Below are positions 48,151 to 62,005 of a stretch of 64,000 nucleotides of DNA, in pieces (within the stretch, counting starts at the first letter, position 1; the number at the start of each line of letters is the position of its first letter). The DNA lies in assembly GCA_964199315.1 (NCBI GenBank), contig OZ116699.1:32116001-32180000 (forward strand). Direction: 5' to 3'. The position numbers and the translations under genes are program-made. The stretch comes from Orbicella franksi (taxonomy: Eukaryota). The notes beneath the pieces are model-generated. The model did not search any database and was not told the DNA's origin. It was given only the letters and a program-made list of their open reading frames with translations.

Positions 48151-48950
48151 CCAATAACTTACTACTGAGCAAAAGTTTAGCCACAATTTTTCAACGTCAT
48201 CATCTGTAATCCCCACCAATCTTCTCCATCCCTAACAGTCCTTGTTCCTTTAGGGTTTATTGTTATCTCTGGTGTTTTTCCATCTTAGTTAACTACTATT
48301 TTCAGTTTTCCTTCAATTTAAAGGCAATTCTGAACGCGGATAAAATAACTCGGAATACCGTGATTGAGCTCCTTAAGCTTCGTTGTATTTTACTAAACCG
48401 ACCAATTCCAAGGGAATGAGTGCTTGGAGCGCTTTCATTCAATATGGTAATAAAATGTTAGAGGTAGACTGAGTAAAAGAAAGCTGAATTACCTGGATAA
48501 CGGCAGTAAAATTTTCTTTGGTAGTGGACTTCATGAGTGGCGGGAAAATCCTGTCCCTGCATCGCCGCAGCGTATGTCGCCCCGCCGAACGACAGACAAA
48601 ACGCGCGGGAAAAAAGTTTAACCAAACCCGCCATCGCTCCGATATGATTTCTTTCTTGTCTCTGCTACTGATAAAAAGCGTCATGGCAATCAAGGTCAAT
48701 CACACTTTAGTTACATTGAAAAGAGAAAACCTCTGGCCGGTGCCAAGGTTTACCGGATAAATCATTGTCCAAGGCTATCCAATGGATAGCATACTTTGAC
48801 TATTTTGGCTTGGTCCAATGCGCGGAACAAATCATGCTGTAGGATTCCGAAGTTCCTACTCAACCCATGATCGCAGTAGTACTGCGTGTACCGAAAAGAC
48901 GGAATGTAAAATGCTTATTACCCATGTTACGACCACAGGAATCTGCCATG

Positions 48951-49282
48951 AGGGTCTAACATAGTTTTTTTTTTTTTTTTTTTCAATCCCGCATCCCGCT
49001 ACTGTTTTTGACTACCGCTATCCAGCCCCAAGCAGAATATTATCCCGATCTCACCTGACTGAAGTTGCAGCTCTCCGTGAGACGTCCGTAACGTGTGACT
49101 TTCTGTTTTCCTGCCATCAGCTTTGAAACTATCCGGCATCCCGCTTGCCAAAATGAGCACTGAAATCCCGTTCCCGCCGAAGTATTTTCATCCCGCATCG
49201 CGCCATCAAAATTTCTGTCATCCCGCATCCCGCCTCCATTTTCACTTTTATCCCGCATCCCACCAAACTTATGTTGGATCCT
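48951..49282. mobile_element. MITE with ATCCCGC subrepeats and poly-T
   Basis: Imperfect TIR AGGGTCTAACATA / TATGTTGGATCCT; at least seven atcccg(c) motifs; TSD not conserved. Confidence 0.5.
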
Positions 49283-50426
49283 TTATAATCACAGAGATCA
49301 GGGAGGGTCGGCGAAGTAAATTACAAACCTTCTTGTGAAACACCAAGTCGTCAAATGAAGCTGTCAACAACACTTCGGAAGTCTTAATATCCTGGAACTG
49401 TAAAGAGAGCTTCCCTAGGGGAGGGTATTTTATGAAAATTATGAGGTGCAGAATATGTGTGACAGTTTCCTCAAAAAGCTGAGGGTGTTCTGGGGGAGTG
49501 GAGTGAGAGGGGGTTGAAATTAAGCTATTGGCAAGAAAATAAGAAAGACTATTACACGGCATCTCTCGTTTTTCTTGTTTTCTCAGTGTACAATTCGCGC
49601 ATGTCCTACATGTCGTTTTAAAAAGAAAACAAGCCAAAGATAGTACAACAGTTTTAATATTTATTATCTAAAGACGGCTTTACAAGAGAAAGTTATTTAC
49701 GTTTAATATGATGCTACGAAAATATATCACAATAAATGCTATCACAGTTTATTAAAAATTGAAAGCCGATTCAAATAAGTTGTGTGATCAGCGCTTTTAC
49801 TAGTCAGTAAATGTTGACAGGGCCCATGGACCGGAAAATTTATAAGAACAAGCAAGTCTGTTTAGCGTTTTGTGAAAAAGAAATATTTGTTCATTTACAA
49901 CTATATCTTAAACTATATTTCAAATTATTTTTCGGAAGTCATAGAACTTCTTACATTTTGCGTTCTTTTATTTACATGTCTATTTACATTGTTCACTACA
50001 GGCCGTACTATTTCAAGACGCTGAAGATTTGCGAACTAAATTTTAGCTCAATTGATTAGAATTATATTTTAGACTACGTTATGGAGCTCTCGGAGTTTCT
50101 CAATATGGGTCTTGCCTCTGTTCACAGATGGGGCTTTTTATTTAGCATATACTGTTTTTCTCTTTTCTTTCGCAAGTGAGATGCTTACATTCCATGGCCA
50201 TTACCTATGTTCAGGCCAATGCTGGAGGTAGCTTCAGATCAGACATAGACGGTACTCAATACCGCTTTATCACTGAGTCATCTTCAACTTGAGAGGTTTG
50301 CTGAGATAATATTTGCTTCAATTAGCCAAGGATAGTTTTCTCAAGAACAGGACAACTTTGTTTAATTAATTCTCCCGTTTTGCTCGGAGGTCCTCTAGTT
50401 TCCGGTCAGCCATCCAAACCACAATT

Positions 50427-53400
50427 CTACTCGGTGTACGGAGGGGGTGGGTCATGCCTGGAGTTTGAATTGTAATTGATGACATAGTCTCTTCGCGGTA
50501 TGCTCATGTCCACCACGTAATGAGAGCAAGGCACTTCTCGAGCAAAGTTCGTCGGTGATTGACTGGTTTGTGCGTCGATGGTGGAACGTTGTACTTCTGC
50601 AGCTCCGAGTTCAACGTCTTCTTCTTCGATGACGCTGAGGTCTGTTTGCGACGTTTGAGACTGGCGCGAATTCACAGTGCATTTGCCATCGCCGTCCGAT
50701 CTGGAGTGGAGCGTAGCCTGTAATGAGAAAATATTGACGATCGATATTAGAGTACATTGTAGGTGGGGACTTTTAAAGTATACATGCATAATCAAGGTAA
50801 CACAGCTCATTTTTTACACCACAGTTGTTGTTGCACCCTGTTCTCTGTTGTATTGTGATAATCATGATCAGCATAGAGAAGCACTTGAAATCTCTCCGAG
50901 CCTGGAACGAATTGAGCGAGAAAAGGGGAACTATGTTAATTCTGGTAAAATTGTTTTCGTGTTCTAAAGTAAGGCCTACCTTAGAATTTCTTTTTCGACA
51001 CAACAGCAGTGTCTCCATGACAGCAGCCACAATGCAGGCGACCAGTCCTCCACTGTACACACCGCTCATGCCGTACACAAGGTCTCGGAGCTTCTTCTGG
51101 ATTCCGTTGCAATTGGCGGTGTCTCTGAAGATGATTGACACTTGTCGCAGCTCAGTCTGATGAAAGCACTTGCATGAGTTCTCAACAGGAAAATATTGAC
51201 AGCTGTCCATCTTGGCAAGGAGCGGCGCTATTTCAGTTCCAGTATACAGCGCTCCAGCGAAACAAAGCAACCCCGCGGCAACAGTGAAAATGATCGCAGA
51301 AACGATCTGTTGATTTAAATGAAAAGGGTTAGGAGATGCTAAGCAGGTCCAAATTCAATATACAAATCCTTTACTCAACGGAATTTTCCCCTGGTTATGA
51401 GTGACTCGCAATTCAATTGTGAGTCACTCATAACGGAATCCTTCTCTTAACGGCTTATTTTCATGGTTGTGGCGGCTCGGGATCCCAGGCTCGGGATCTG
51501 ATTTTAGACCAAGATATCTAGCGAGTAATAGAAACAGCCCGGACATGCGACAGAAAGCTCTTAAATTATTTTGTATGGAGCGTTTCCACTCACGTGGTCA
51601 GCACCCATACAAGTTTATTGAAACAAAAGGAAGTGTTTACTTAAGAAAAGAGTTCAACTCCCACAGGCCGGGATTGGTTTGGTACACCAACATGGCCACC
51701 GTTTCCTTGTTTTGGAATACCAATATGGCTGCCGTATTTGATTGAGTGACGTCATTTGAAAACGCTCTATTCACCGTAAACGACAACGATTCTATTCATA
51801 GGAAATAGAGTAACCTTGCAAATTTTGCCTCTATCGCCCACGCTAGACACAACACTTGATAGTGATAGAGCCTCTTCACGCTTTCTATACAGACTATAAA
51901 ACTCGCACAATGTTTTCATTTCAGAGTATGACTGTAAGATCCCAACCAAACAAGGTGAACAGACTTACCAGTACTTTTGACCGTGGCTTGCACAGGACCA
52001 TCAGTTGTAAGCCAACTACACCCAGCTGTTAAAAGAAAAAAAATTTTAACACTTTAGTCGATTGCTTGGTTGGATTTTCGTTCCAAACTGATACTGTGGC
52101 CAAAGGTATACGTTGTAAATGGGTCAACTAAAAAGGTGTAATTATCTGCCATTTATCTATTTTAGAGTCACTGGATGGATCGCGCGCGCGCGAGCAATTT
52201 ATTTTCTCTCACGGTCTCCTCTGAACAAAGCACTCGCGCGGACTTGCGCGCGAAATCCCGCCAGCTTCGGTTAATCTATTTTTATTCATCGTATCTTCGC
52301 CGATCAACTCAGACAAAAGAGCATTTTCTTCTTTGTCATCCAGGAAACAGTTGAACAATACTAATACAGACACTGCTGAAAGAAGAGTCTATTGAAACCC
52401 TAAGAGCTACAGCCTGAGTGAGATTTAGGTCTCTCAGTTGCGACTGCCAACTGTTCGTAACAACAAGGTGTTTGTATGATTTTTACCCTTTTTCTTTTCC
52501 TTAGTTTTTTCCTAGTTGAAAAAATTGGGGAAATTACAAAATGGACCGCATTATTTTGAATCTCCTGATATTTTACGCATATTACCAGACACAGCTGATA
52601 TTTTCACTTAAAGGCCCTCGCTTTCATTTGACTTCAGCGTATGTTGTTTGAATGTTTTATTTCTCCGCTATCGCGTTTGCGAAATAAGTTCCTTCGTTTA
52701 CCTATACTGACCTAACGAAAGAAAGTAGAATCTTGAAAGTAAGCGAAAAAAAAAAGAAGAAAAACAAATCTGGTGCCGTCTCGATTTCAGTGTTTCAGCC
52801 AGATTTAACTCGTCGATACAGAGAATTAATACCAAACAAAATCGAAAAACCACGCGAAGTTCTGTTTTTAAAGGAGTTTGCCCGAAAAATGACTTCAGCT
52901 AGCAGTTACCTAGTTTTTCGACGCGATCGAAAATTGCGTAGTAAACAAACACAGCAATTTGGCGCTAATTTCTTGTTTAAGTATTTTAATTCCCTTTCAA
53001 TGAAATGGAAGCGCATACGAGCAAAGTTAAGCTACTTTTATCTTGTTTTCGCGGTCAAGCATCTTTTTTAAATTTACCTTTGCCGAGGACGAATGGTCTT
53101 TTTAACTAAGAGCCACAGCATTCATTGCTAAGTGAATTTGACAGTAAACTGCTTAGTGATTTGAAAACCTCTATCAGGTTTCAACAGTTTTTTGTTATGT
53201 TCGCCGTGAATGCCGCTTGTTGAAACATGTGTTTTTCCTAGTTTCGCCTTGAAACACATGTTTTTTAATAGCAGGTGTCTTTATCACCCTAGGCCGCAAG
53301 TGTTGATTTAATTTTCAAAGTTACAAAAAGAAGCGAAACAATGAAAATGTGCCTTCCTCCCTGGCTGAGTTTGTAAGCGATCATTTAATATAAAACGACA

Positions 53401-56028
53401 GGTTGTATCTTAGTGTCAATATAATCTAGGCTATTGTTACATGATCTTGTAGCTCTTTCCATAAATCTTGGCCGGTGGATTAATCTCCGACGTAGGAAGT
53501 CGGACGAAATGTAATCGCCACAGGCGTAGATCTAGGATAAATGGAGACCGATTTTCGAAACAATAAGCGCCGAAGGTACAAGTTTCTAGGGGAGCCCGAG
53601 GCCATGCTCCCCCAGGAAATTGTTTTGGATTTTAACTCCCTTAAGTCCCCTTTCCGGGGTATCTGAGTTATTCTGAAAAATCTCACCAAGTTCGGTGTGG
53701 ATCGGCCTTTTTTGAAAATTTCAAGTAAATTGTCTTATTTTTGATACCAACAAAGATTAAGCCAACTGTTAATTTAATAAATCGTGAACAAAAAGTCAAA
53801 GTCGTGTGATTCTTTTCCTCTATTATAGCGGAAATGAAAAAATCAGTAATAATACTGTACGAAAGGGTCGAATAAACGCTTAGCTAAAACAAACTTTTCT
53901 AGTTGAACAATTTTTTTTTAGAGTTAGTCTGAAATTTTTTGTTTTGTAGCTTGCCATGTGTGGCCTTTAAATCGCTCACTTCTAATCTTGCGCAGGGAAA
54001 AGCCGTCCATCTCTGTTAGAATTTTGCTCCTCAGAAGTCGCCAAGAATGATGTAGCTGGCCAATTTATTGCAGGGTGGTTGTAACTGGGGAAGAATTATA
54101 GCTGAAGTCATACGCGCGAAAACGGAACTTAAAATAACCGCTATAACTAGATTAACCCACCGGAAAAATCGCCAATGGCTCCTAAAGGATTAAAAAGATA
54201 AAAACTTCTTTTTAGAACCTATTAATAAGACTCTTTCACATGCAAATATAACTTGCTGAGGCACGAGGCTTTAATTAGTTGCTATGCAAATGAACACGTG
54301 CGGATCTTAACTTCGTAAACAATAACATGATTTGATCCCTCGATCTTCAATATTGCTTTCTGCAGGACTATATTTCCGGGAATCGAGCCAAATTTCATAA
54401 TCAGTTGTGACATTTTTTATCCTTCATTGCTCATAGGACAATAACTTTGCAATAACTATTTTCTTTTTGCCCCCAAGCGCAAAAAATTAGTCTCTTAAAT
54501 CAGCCTTGGCGATAACTGATATTGTAAAAAAGGACGAATCAGCTTCTAGCGGGTTCGGTTTTGATCCCGCAAGCCGAAACTGTTCGGCATTTTGAAGAGT
54601 TGAAATTAAATTTATGCTAATGGTGCTTTTAGCGCGAGATATTGTACAAGGAAAAAACAAAGCATTTAAGTGTATCATTCAAAAACACGCGTTTTTGGCA
54701 TCAGAACAATTGCACTATAGTCTCGGCACGTGTCCATGAATAAATCCCAAAACGCTCTTTCACCTTAACAGATCAATAACCAATGAATTTCAAAAGGAGC
54801 CTTTGGCCGAAGAGCTAAACAGATAAACACGGCAGTACCTTGCCTAAGTTTTTTTCTTGCTCCCGGCATGAAACCCATTCTACAAGATTTCACCGTTCAA
54901 ATAACACAAGAACACGCACGCGCCAAAGTCACTCAAATTCTTTTGTTTGTTTCGAAAGTTTTAAATTGATTTAAACCAAAATAGAAAATCCCTTCTCCCG
55001 CCATTTACGGCGCAGTGATTTTGCCGTCGCAAAGTGAACTAATCCAAAAAAACTAAACTTCGAGATCTCCCGGAATGTGGGACCTAGTAATCTGGTGTGT
55101 GGAACTTGTCAAAATTTAAGTCCGTTGAATATGTATAAGCGTCGGGCACTTGTCCCTGTTGACACAAGTAACTAATATACTTTAGTTAAACTTCTGAGTA
55201 ATCCTTTCAAAAAACGCATTTTGTGAATAAAAGTTTTATGCTGCCGGAAGCCGCTTTGACAAGGAAAAAAGATAAACTCTTTAACTGTTGTGTGAAAGAA
55301 CTCCTGGTTTCAATACAATTAAGTTTCGATTGAAAGGCGGGGAAGCAAAACACGCTCTGCTAATTTGAATTCTCGCTGCGTAATGCAAGCTCGGCTAATA
55401 ACTGTCAAAATAAATCCTGTTATGCTTTTGCGGCGTGTTTTCCATTCCGGGTATAATTTATTGCTGTAGTTTATATAATTTCACTAAATGAATATTCAGG
55501 TAACATCAGGTGTTAATTCGTGACTTGGGAACCTAATCAGCGCACGCTTACAACAAAGGTTGTAACGAACCTGGAGGCAGTTAATTTTCAAATTACCTTG
55601 AATCATTGCCTGCTGAATGTAATTCTAAATAAAGCTGTATTCATGGTTATGCTATCAGTTGTTGATGTAAAATATTTGCCGACGCCCGATGTATTTTTCC
55701 GACTCGCGTTAACTAAGTGTAAACTTGATGTTTAGAAGAGAGACACAAAAGAACTTACCACAGCTCCTGTTATGTAGGACGGTATGAGCCCTTCTGTGTG
55801 GTAGGCGGACGAGGTTACTCGATGGATGCTAAAGTAGCCAATTCCGAGGAGGCAACCTATGGAAAATATCGTGAACCCAAGTAGCGGCAGAGCTACAAGC
55901 CGCTTTCCGCAACATTGACAACTGTTGCTCTTCTTAGAACTTCGGTGAATCACAACCTCTTTGGTACGGAGCAGTTTCTGATCGACCGAGTGGGACGGCG
56001 TAGATCGTGGACTCTTCGCTGAAGGCAT
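50427..56028 (-). CDS. Second ENTREP/FAM189-like four-TM protein (314 aa) ending in PPPPYTE
   Basis: Four GT-AG exons, all phase 0: 56028-55759 (MPSAKS..TM1..SYITGAV), 52025-51969 (LGVVGLQLMVLCKPRSKVL, 57 nt), 51306-50980 (TM3, C..SCKC..F..ANC loop, TM4), 50717-50427 (tail, TAG). Total 945 nt. The third exon matches the 11859-12194 exon in length (327 vs 336 nt), phase and Cys pattern. Confidence 0.85.
51575..51770. mobile_element. MITE in intron 2 of the minus-strand gene
   Basis: ATGGAGCGTTTCCAC.CACGTG ... GTGACGTCATTTGAAAACGCTCTAT inverted ends; duplicated CACCAA.ATGGC motif. Confidence 0.65.
53520..53700. repeat. Interspersed repeat fragment (hAT-like MITE end)
   Basis: CAGGCGTAGATCTAGG start and GGGG..CC.GAGGCCATGCTCCCCCAGGAAATT block; other end not found. 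Confidence 0.35.
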
Positions 56029-58734
56029 GTTCTTGTTGTTCACGACTCACTGGCCACGCGTCTATCAATGCGAACAGATCTGCTTTCCCCTACTTCCTTC
56101 GTAGTAAAATCTTGCTGAGTAATTGAAAAAAGGCGGGAAAGCGAATTTTCAAGCTTTTGCTCTCCAAATAATGCCGCTCTTGCCTTGAAACGTTCCTCCG
56201 AGGTGATTTGAACGGTTTCTAAGCGGCGTAGCTCAATTAGTTGCGAAAAAGTGGCTTTCTGGCGGTTCTCAGCGCACGAACTTGCGTTTTACTGCTAAAG
56301 AGCTTGGGGCTGTTTTGCCAATCCAACAGAGTACAGCCAGTGTTGTTTCCAACGTCTTCTTTGTGACGTTTACTATTGTGCGTACGCTTCAATGGACCTT
56401 GACACAGTTGAATGGGCCGCACGAGGCGCCAATCTTGTTCATTAGCATAACACTGGCTTGCCAACTTAATTACGATCACCGAATGCCCATTCAGCTCGAG
56501 TTTAAACAGTTTTAGGGGCGCAGGTGGCGCTGATCAGGGGACGAATTTGGACAAAGAATCAGGTGTTTCTCTTAAGCTAAGATCACGAGTCATACAGGTA
56601 CATTTATAAAAGACACAGCCCCTCGCAAAATAGCGGCTCAGATAAGCTAACGAATATTGTTTTAAAGCGTACAGTATTGTTGAAAACAGGGCAAACTACA
56701 CATTCGAAAACGCCGATCAATATACGTAACACCACTTTGAAATTTCGATATGAAGAGAAAGTACTTCGTTGTGTGTAAAGCATTTCATAAGTGATACTAC
56801 GAACTTTTTAAAATTAATTTTACTTGTTTTTTTGAGGGGACCTTTTAAACGAATTATAGGTTTTGTTTTAGCACTTTTACAAAGGCAATTTACGCTCCGT
56901 GCCATGCTCATTTCAAGTAATTTAGTAAAGGAGGCTCCGTTAATACTGATGGACATTTAATTAAGCCAGATAAGCTGATATTGCTTTAAAAACTTGAAAT
57001 GTCTAGGTAAATAAGTTTGTTGGACGCTAATAAAACAACGCGGACAGCTATCCTAATTAACCGCGTCATTTTCAAGAGAAATAGTTTATTTTTCGTGCCT
57101 GAATTTGTTTGTTTTAGTACTATTGTTCGTTCAAACCGACGCTGTGAAAAAAGAATGGCTCTCGATAGAAATTAAGCAAGTTCTACAGTTTACGGATATC
57201 TCAACTCTAAAATTACTGAAGTTGCATACAGCTTCATCAGACGGATCGACAACCAAAATTTAAGGTCACAATGCAATTCGCCTCTGCAAATCATTTGAAA
57301 TTCAATTCTAAGAGATGCAGCTTTGTTTCGTTTAAATTAATATATTTCTTCAGAATAGTCAGCCTTTTTTACGAGGTGTTAATGCAATGAAAGTCCACGC
57401 GCACTTATTTTTTCCCTAATAGAAGCTTTAATTGCGTAATTTCCATATTTTCGCGGGCGTTAAGAAAACACTGTTCACCCGCGCCGGTCAAAAGGGCAAG
57501 AACTTAAACAAACTGTGAGTTATCTTGGTCATGTTAATAAACCGACGTTAAAACTCATTAAGTCTCTTGTGAAGTGATTTGTAAGTAATGCACTTAGTAC
57601 TAGTTCTATACTCTATACGCATTTTTGGTTTCATTAAGGTTAGAGAATACCGGTTTCCTTGGTGTTGTCTTCCAATGAAACTGGCTCTTCCACAGGCCAT
57701 TTTATTGTACTTCTTACATTGTAAAACGAAATACTGCAATACTTGTAGTTTGTAAAAATGCGTGTATTCGCAACATCAACCTTTGTTTGAGCAATGCGTT
57801 ACTCATTTCATGCCATTATTTTGTTGCCAGGTTAATAAGTTTGTAGTATTTAACACGGCGACCAAGCGTCGCTTCTTTTCCTATTGTTAACAAATTCCTC
57901 GTCTTACAGCGAGAACGACGACGCCGAAAATGTGTGCCGGGTCGTTTAAAAATAGCTAATTACCTTTCTTCGTTCTGTTTTCCGAAATTTTGCCAACAAG
58001 ATTGAAGTCGCGGGTTATTGTGCTCAAACAAAATGAACAAAAATTGATACGCACAATTGGAACATACACTAGAACAGGCTGTCACAGGCGAAAAATTGAG
58101 CAAAAGTTTCACAAGTAACAACATGCATGCTCAAACTTAAAGTTGGACACGATAAAAAAACAAACCTAAAAGAGGTTTTCTAACTTCAATTGTGAATGAA
58201 ACACACTTTGCGTTTGGGTTATTAACACCTTTTGTACATTATTGAGGAATTAAGCAAAACATTCAGAAGCGAAAAGCTCTTTTGTTTATAAAGATCTATT
58301 ATTATTGATATTGGGGTTGGTGTAACACTGGTCATAACGGTCATTTGGGATTATTCTAGTTAAAAGCGCGGAATTTTAAACCAGCCAATTAACATCGAGT
58401 AAAGGAAACTCGATTCCTTGGCTTTCTAACTGGAATTGGTCTTCGTACTTCCTTTCAAGGAGCCTGGAAGAAAGGAGATCCTTTAATCTGCCCCGCTAAT
58501 GATCGAGTCAAGGCTGAAGTGTCTACAAAATAGCCACAAGAAGCGCATTTTTAAGGCATTCAAATTAATAGGTTTAATTAAGCACTTCGTTTGGAAATTT
58601 TAATAAGTAAGGTTAAAAGCATAAACTTCTACCAGTTTTTAATTTTACGCAATTAACTCCACATGAAGGTGGACGCCTTTGGGACAAGCTCTAGTTGTTC
58701 GTGTTTGAAACTAGCTCCCTAGTAAGGTCTCAGC

Positions 58735-58950
58735 CCCAGAGAGGTGTCTGTCTTAGAGAGTTATCCAACAGGAGAGGTATCAACCCATGAGAGGCCATGC
58801 ACTCGGTCAACCTTAGAGAGTTTTTGTCTTACAGAGGTGTCCAGAGGCATCAACCCTTGAGAGGCCATGCAGTGTCCGCCTATGAGAGTGTCTGTCTTAG
58901 AGAGGTGTTTGTCTTCGAGCGGTGTCCGCCCGAGAGAGGTGTCACCCCTA
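58735..58950. repeat. Array of GAGGTGTC.G.CTTAGAGAG subrepeats with an internal duplication (pogo-like MITE remnant)
   Basis: Multiple gaggtgtc(t/c)g.c(tt/ct)(a/t)gagag units; TCAACCC(A/T)TGAGAGGCCATGCA occurs twice. Confidence 0.55.
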
Positions 58951-60851
58951 GAATGACCATAAGTGTGTGTCATAAGTTTTCGAAGGCTTAGAAAATAAGT
59001 GCTTTACCGATCAGTATTCCTTTTTTTGAGTGACTGAAGTAGGAGCGGAAATCCGCTTGAGTATTTGAGTAAACACAAGCTGGTGGCAATTTTCTATTCA
59101 ATCTTTCAAAAACAAAAACAGAAAAAAAAAAAAACAAATGGATAGTTGGACTGGTTGTAACGTCAAACAATCAAGCAGAGATGCATTCAGTCTTAATATT
59201 ATGATACTGAAAGTGATTTTTATTAAATAATATAACCTAATCCGCAGTCACAATAATTATGATTAATGATACAGTGTGAAGAACCAGAAGAAAAATCTTA
59301 AAAGTCATCAAGTTCTTGTGTACAACGTGCGTCCTCTCAAACATAATAAAGAACAGCCGCTCCATATATAAATTTTTTGGCGGGTACCAGCTTCTTCAGT
59401 GTACCGCGCAAATAAAATACAGTTAAGCTAGAACATCTGATCAATGAGCGTGATCAACAGGTATTCTAGAGCGCCATCCATTTCAAACTGCACGTGTTTA
59501 ACTCCATGTTGACCAGCAGGTACCACTGGTGGCTTGAAATGAGCAATGCAGTTCAAAGGCACTGGGGGTTACGACCGCGCCAAACATCTTGCCAAGCATA
59601 TAGAAGCGTGTGAGAAAGTTTTCGCGATAGATGTGTATGATTGTAAACAGCGACCGCTAAAATACGATCCATTCACTTATCCCTGCTTCTTGTCGCATAT
59701 TCCATTATGCTCAAGCCGTGGTTAAACCTGCAGATAGCTAGTTGAACAAGGGAAAAAGACTATGATCTTGGGCCCGATTCTCGAAGGTCCCGAAAAGCCT
59801 TAGCAAAATCTCAAACCTTTTGACTACAGAGCCGTTTTATTCACATATTCTTAATACGAACAGAGGTTCTCTTCATACAAGAAGTTTCAGGCGTATATAC
59901 CTCTCTGTCTTTAAATGCCGATTAACTAAAACTGGCTTTTCGGGCCCGAAAAAGCGAAAAGATTCTGAAATGCTGAAATGTAGAATTTAGTTAAAGTTAC
60001 ATCTAAGTGTTTCTACAACCATTGTTCTATTTGCTCGGAAAACGAGACTGCGATCAGCTGGACTTACTTGACACAGTGTAGAGTCATCTTTGCAACCTCG
60101 ATAATTTTTCACTGCAAAGTTTTGCACCGGCTTGTTTTGCTGCACCCCCTAGCGATCGCACAAACAAAGTCCTGACGGAAAAATCTACTGTAGTAAGGGT
60201 ATTTCAAAGACACACGAAGGCTTTTTTTATTACAAGTTCATTCAACTGTGGCTTGCGAATTGGTGCAAATACAGCGAGCGGAAAACAGGACGTAAACAAT
60301 TCGTAACATCAATAAACAACAGATAGCTTGGAAGTAGTTGTAATCGTTCATCAGTTAACCTTTCAGCGCGCAAACAAGCACATGTTCTTGATAAATAAAA
60401 CCACCAGTTGACCTTTCTTGTACGTTTAAGGATTCTTTTGATGTTTTCACCCGTTTTTGTGCATTCCCGGAGAACGTTACAGATCGCCTCCCGAGAGGTT
60501 GATTTGCTACCCGTGTGTTGGACTGCTGGATGTGCGCTTGAAAATAGTGTTACCTGTCGCACTTGCAAGATTTCTCGCTTTCCCACGCTTTCTTACAGTG
60601 GAATATACAGGAAAACAGTTAATTTGATCAATGACTGTTATGCCAAAGTCTTAGAAAAGTAATGTTACCTGTGGAATAAGTTGTTTATTACTTTTCAGTT
60701 GAACTGGCCGCTTGTTTTTAGCTAAACTTATGAGAAAAGGGCGCTACAAAATTTTATGCTTTAATGTTGCCTTGCCAGGCTTTAGTCAGAAGTAAAGTTA
60801 AAGCGTACATATATATTAATGACTCCAGAAATTCAGAAAGTATTAAGAAAT

Positions 60852-61110
60852 TTGAAAACGCAACGCTCACCGATCGTTTTGGATTTGTGTTTGAGGAAAA
60901 CTTGGTCAGGGAAATCACATAATTATCGTCGCGCCATCGTTCTCGAAAAGCACCGTTTTCAAAATGTTCTCCGTCCAAACGAATTCGAAAACCCAGCGTT
61001 TTCAAATTCTTCTGGTTTGAAGAGCGTTTTCGCAAAAGTGTGGACGGTAGACCTCAGAAACCGTAGAAATAAAGCTGCGTTTTCAAATTTCTCCGGCGTA
61101 GTGTGGAGGC
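60852..61110. mobile_element. Harbinger-like MITE, left end eroded
   Basis: Repeated GCGTTTTCAAAT, GTGTGGAC and CGTCCA motifs ending CTCCGGCGTAGTGTGGAGGC; recognised as a common coral MITE. Confidence 0.55.
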
Positions 61111-62005
61111 TGCTTCAGAAAGTATTACAGTATGTGAAACTAATCGTGACAGTATTAATTTTCAAGCACTTAAGGGGCGTTTTCCCTCCCAGAAGTTCAG
61201 TTTTAGAGAAATCAAGCGTTGGCACAGCCGGAACAAACCTAAAACAGTAGATTTGTCAAGGTTGAAGACCCAACGAAGCGATCAATCATTGTCTTGCAGC
61301 AGACTGTTTCATGGAGTGAAGTTTGAGAAATTTGTAAACACGATCGTAAATGTTTGGAACCATGCCTAGTTTTGACTGGTGCACATTATCTAACTGACTT
61401 CTATGAGTTTTAAAACAGACGCGCCGAAGCTTTTGTTAAATGATTAGTTTTTATGGAACATTATTGGAACTGTTGATGCTATAGGTGAAGGTGATCTTTT
61501 TACTTATCAGCAAACTGAGAAACTTCCTGTAAAGGTCTGAAAAGTGTGGGAACCCTTCTGAATTTTTTTCAGTCTTTCGGGTATCACTATTTAACCAAAA
61601 GATGCAGGCTCGGGTCCCCAAGTTTCCTCTCCTGGGTCCCTCCCTTACTTTCTAACCGTGTTTACTGCTTTCACCTGCCCGCGTGGAACCGTGCGTTGAC
61701 CGCGTGTGGAACAATGGGAGGTACCGACAGGACCCTATGGCGGGAACTCACCGGGTTATACAACTCGTGAGATTCCAAGATATGTGAACAACTTTTTGGC
61801 CATATAAAAAAAATTCTTAGTTTTACCAAATGGTGAGACTGCTGCGTTGCCGAGGAATACTATACAATTCCTTCGACAGCCCTTTCTCCACTGACTGACC
61901 AGCTAGCAGCGGAAGTTATCGCCATTTTCTTCGAAGCTAGCTTTGCCAATGTTATTATATTCATCAACGTGGAGCATGCGCGTGCAGGCGCTCCTGGACC
62001 CCCCT

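Noticed and set aside
50773-51270. Single 165-aa ORF as a whole gene
   Set aside because: Its C-terminal part is intron read-through past the GTAGGC donor at 50979; it is exon 3 of a four-exon gene.
54100-55520. Possible Kolobok-like repeats in intron 1 of the minus-strand gene
   Set aside because: The sequence looks repeat-like, but I could not identify paired TIRs or a TSD, so no boundaries can be supported.
58735-58950. CRISPR-like array
   Set aside because: Degenerate short subrepeats without unique spacers, in eukaryotic DNA; a MITE interior.
60242-60670. 114-aa ORF and a 38-nt micro-exon (60554-60591, minus strand)
   Set aside because: Splice-like signals exist but I could not chain them into an open model or recognise a domain; left unannotated.
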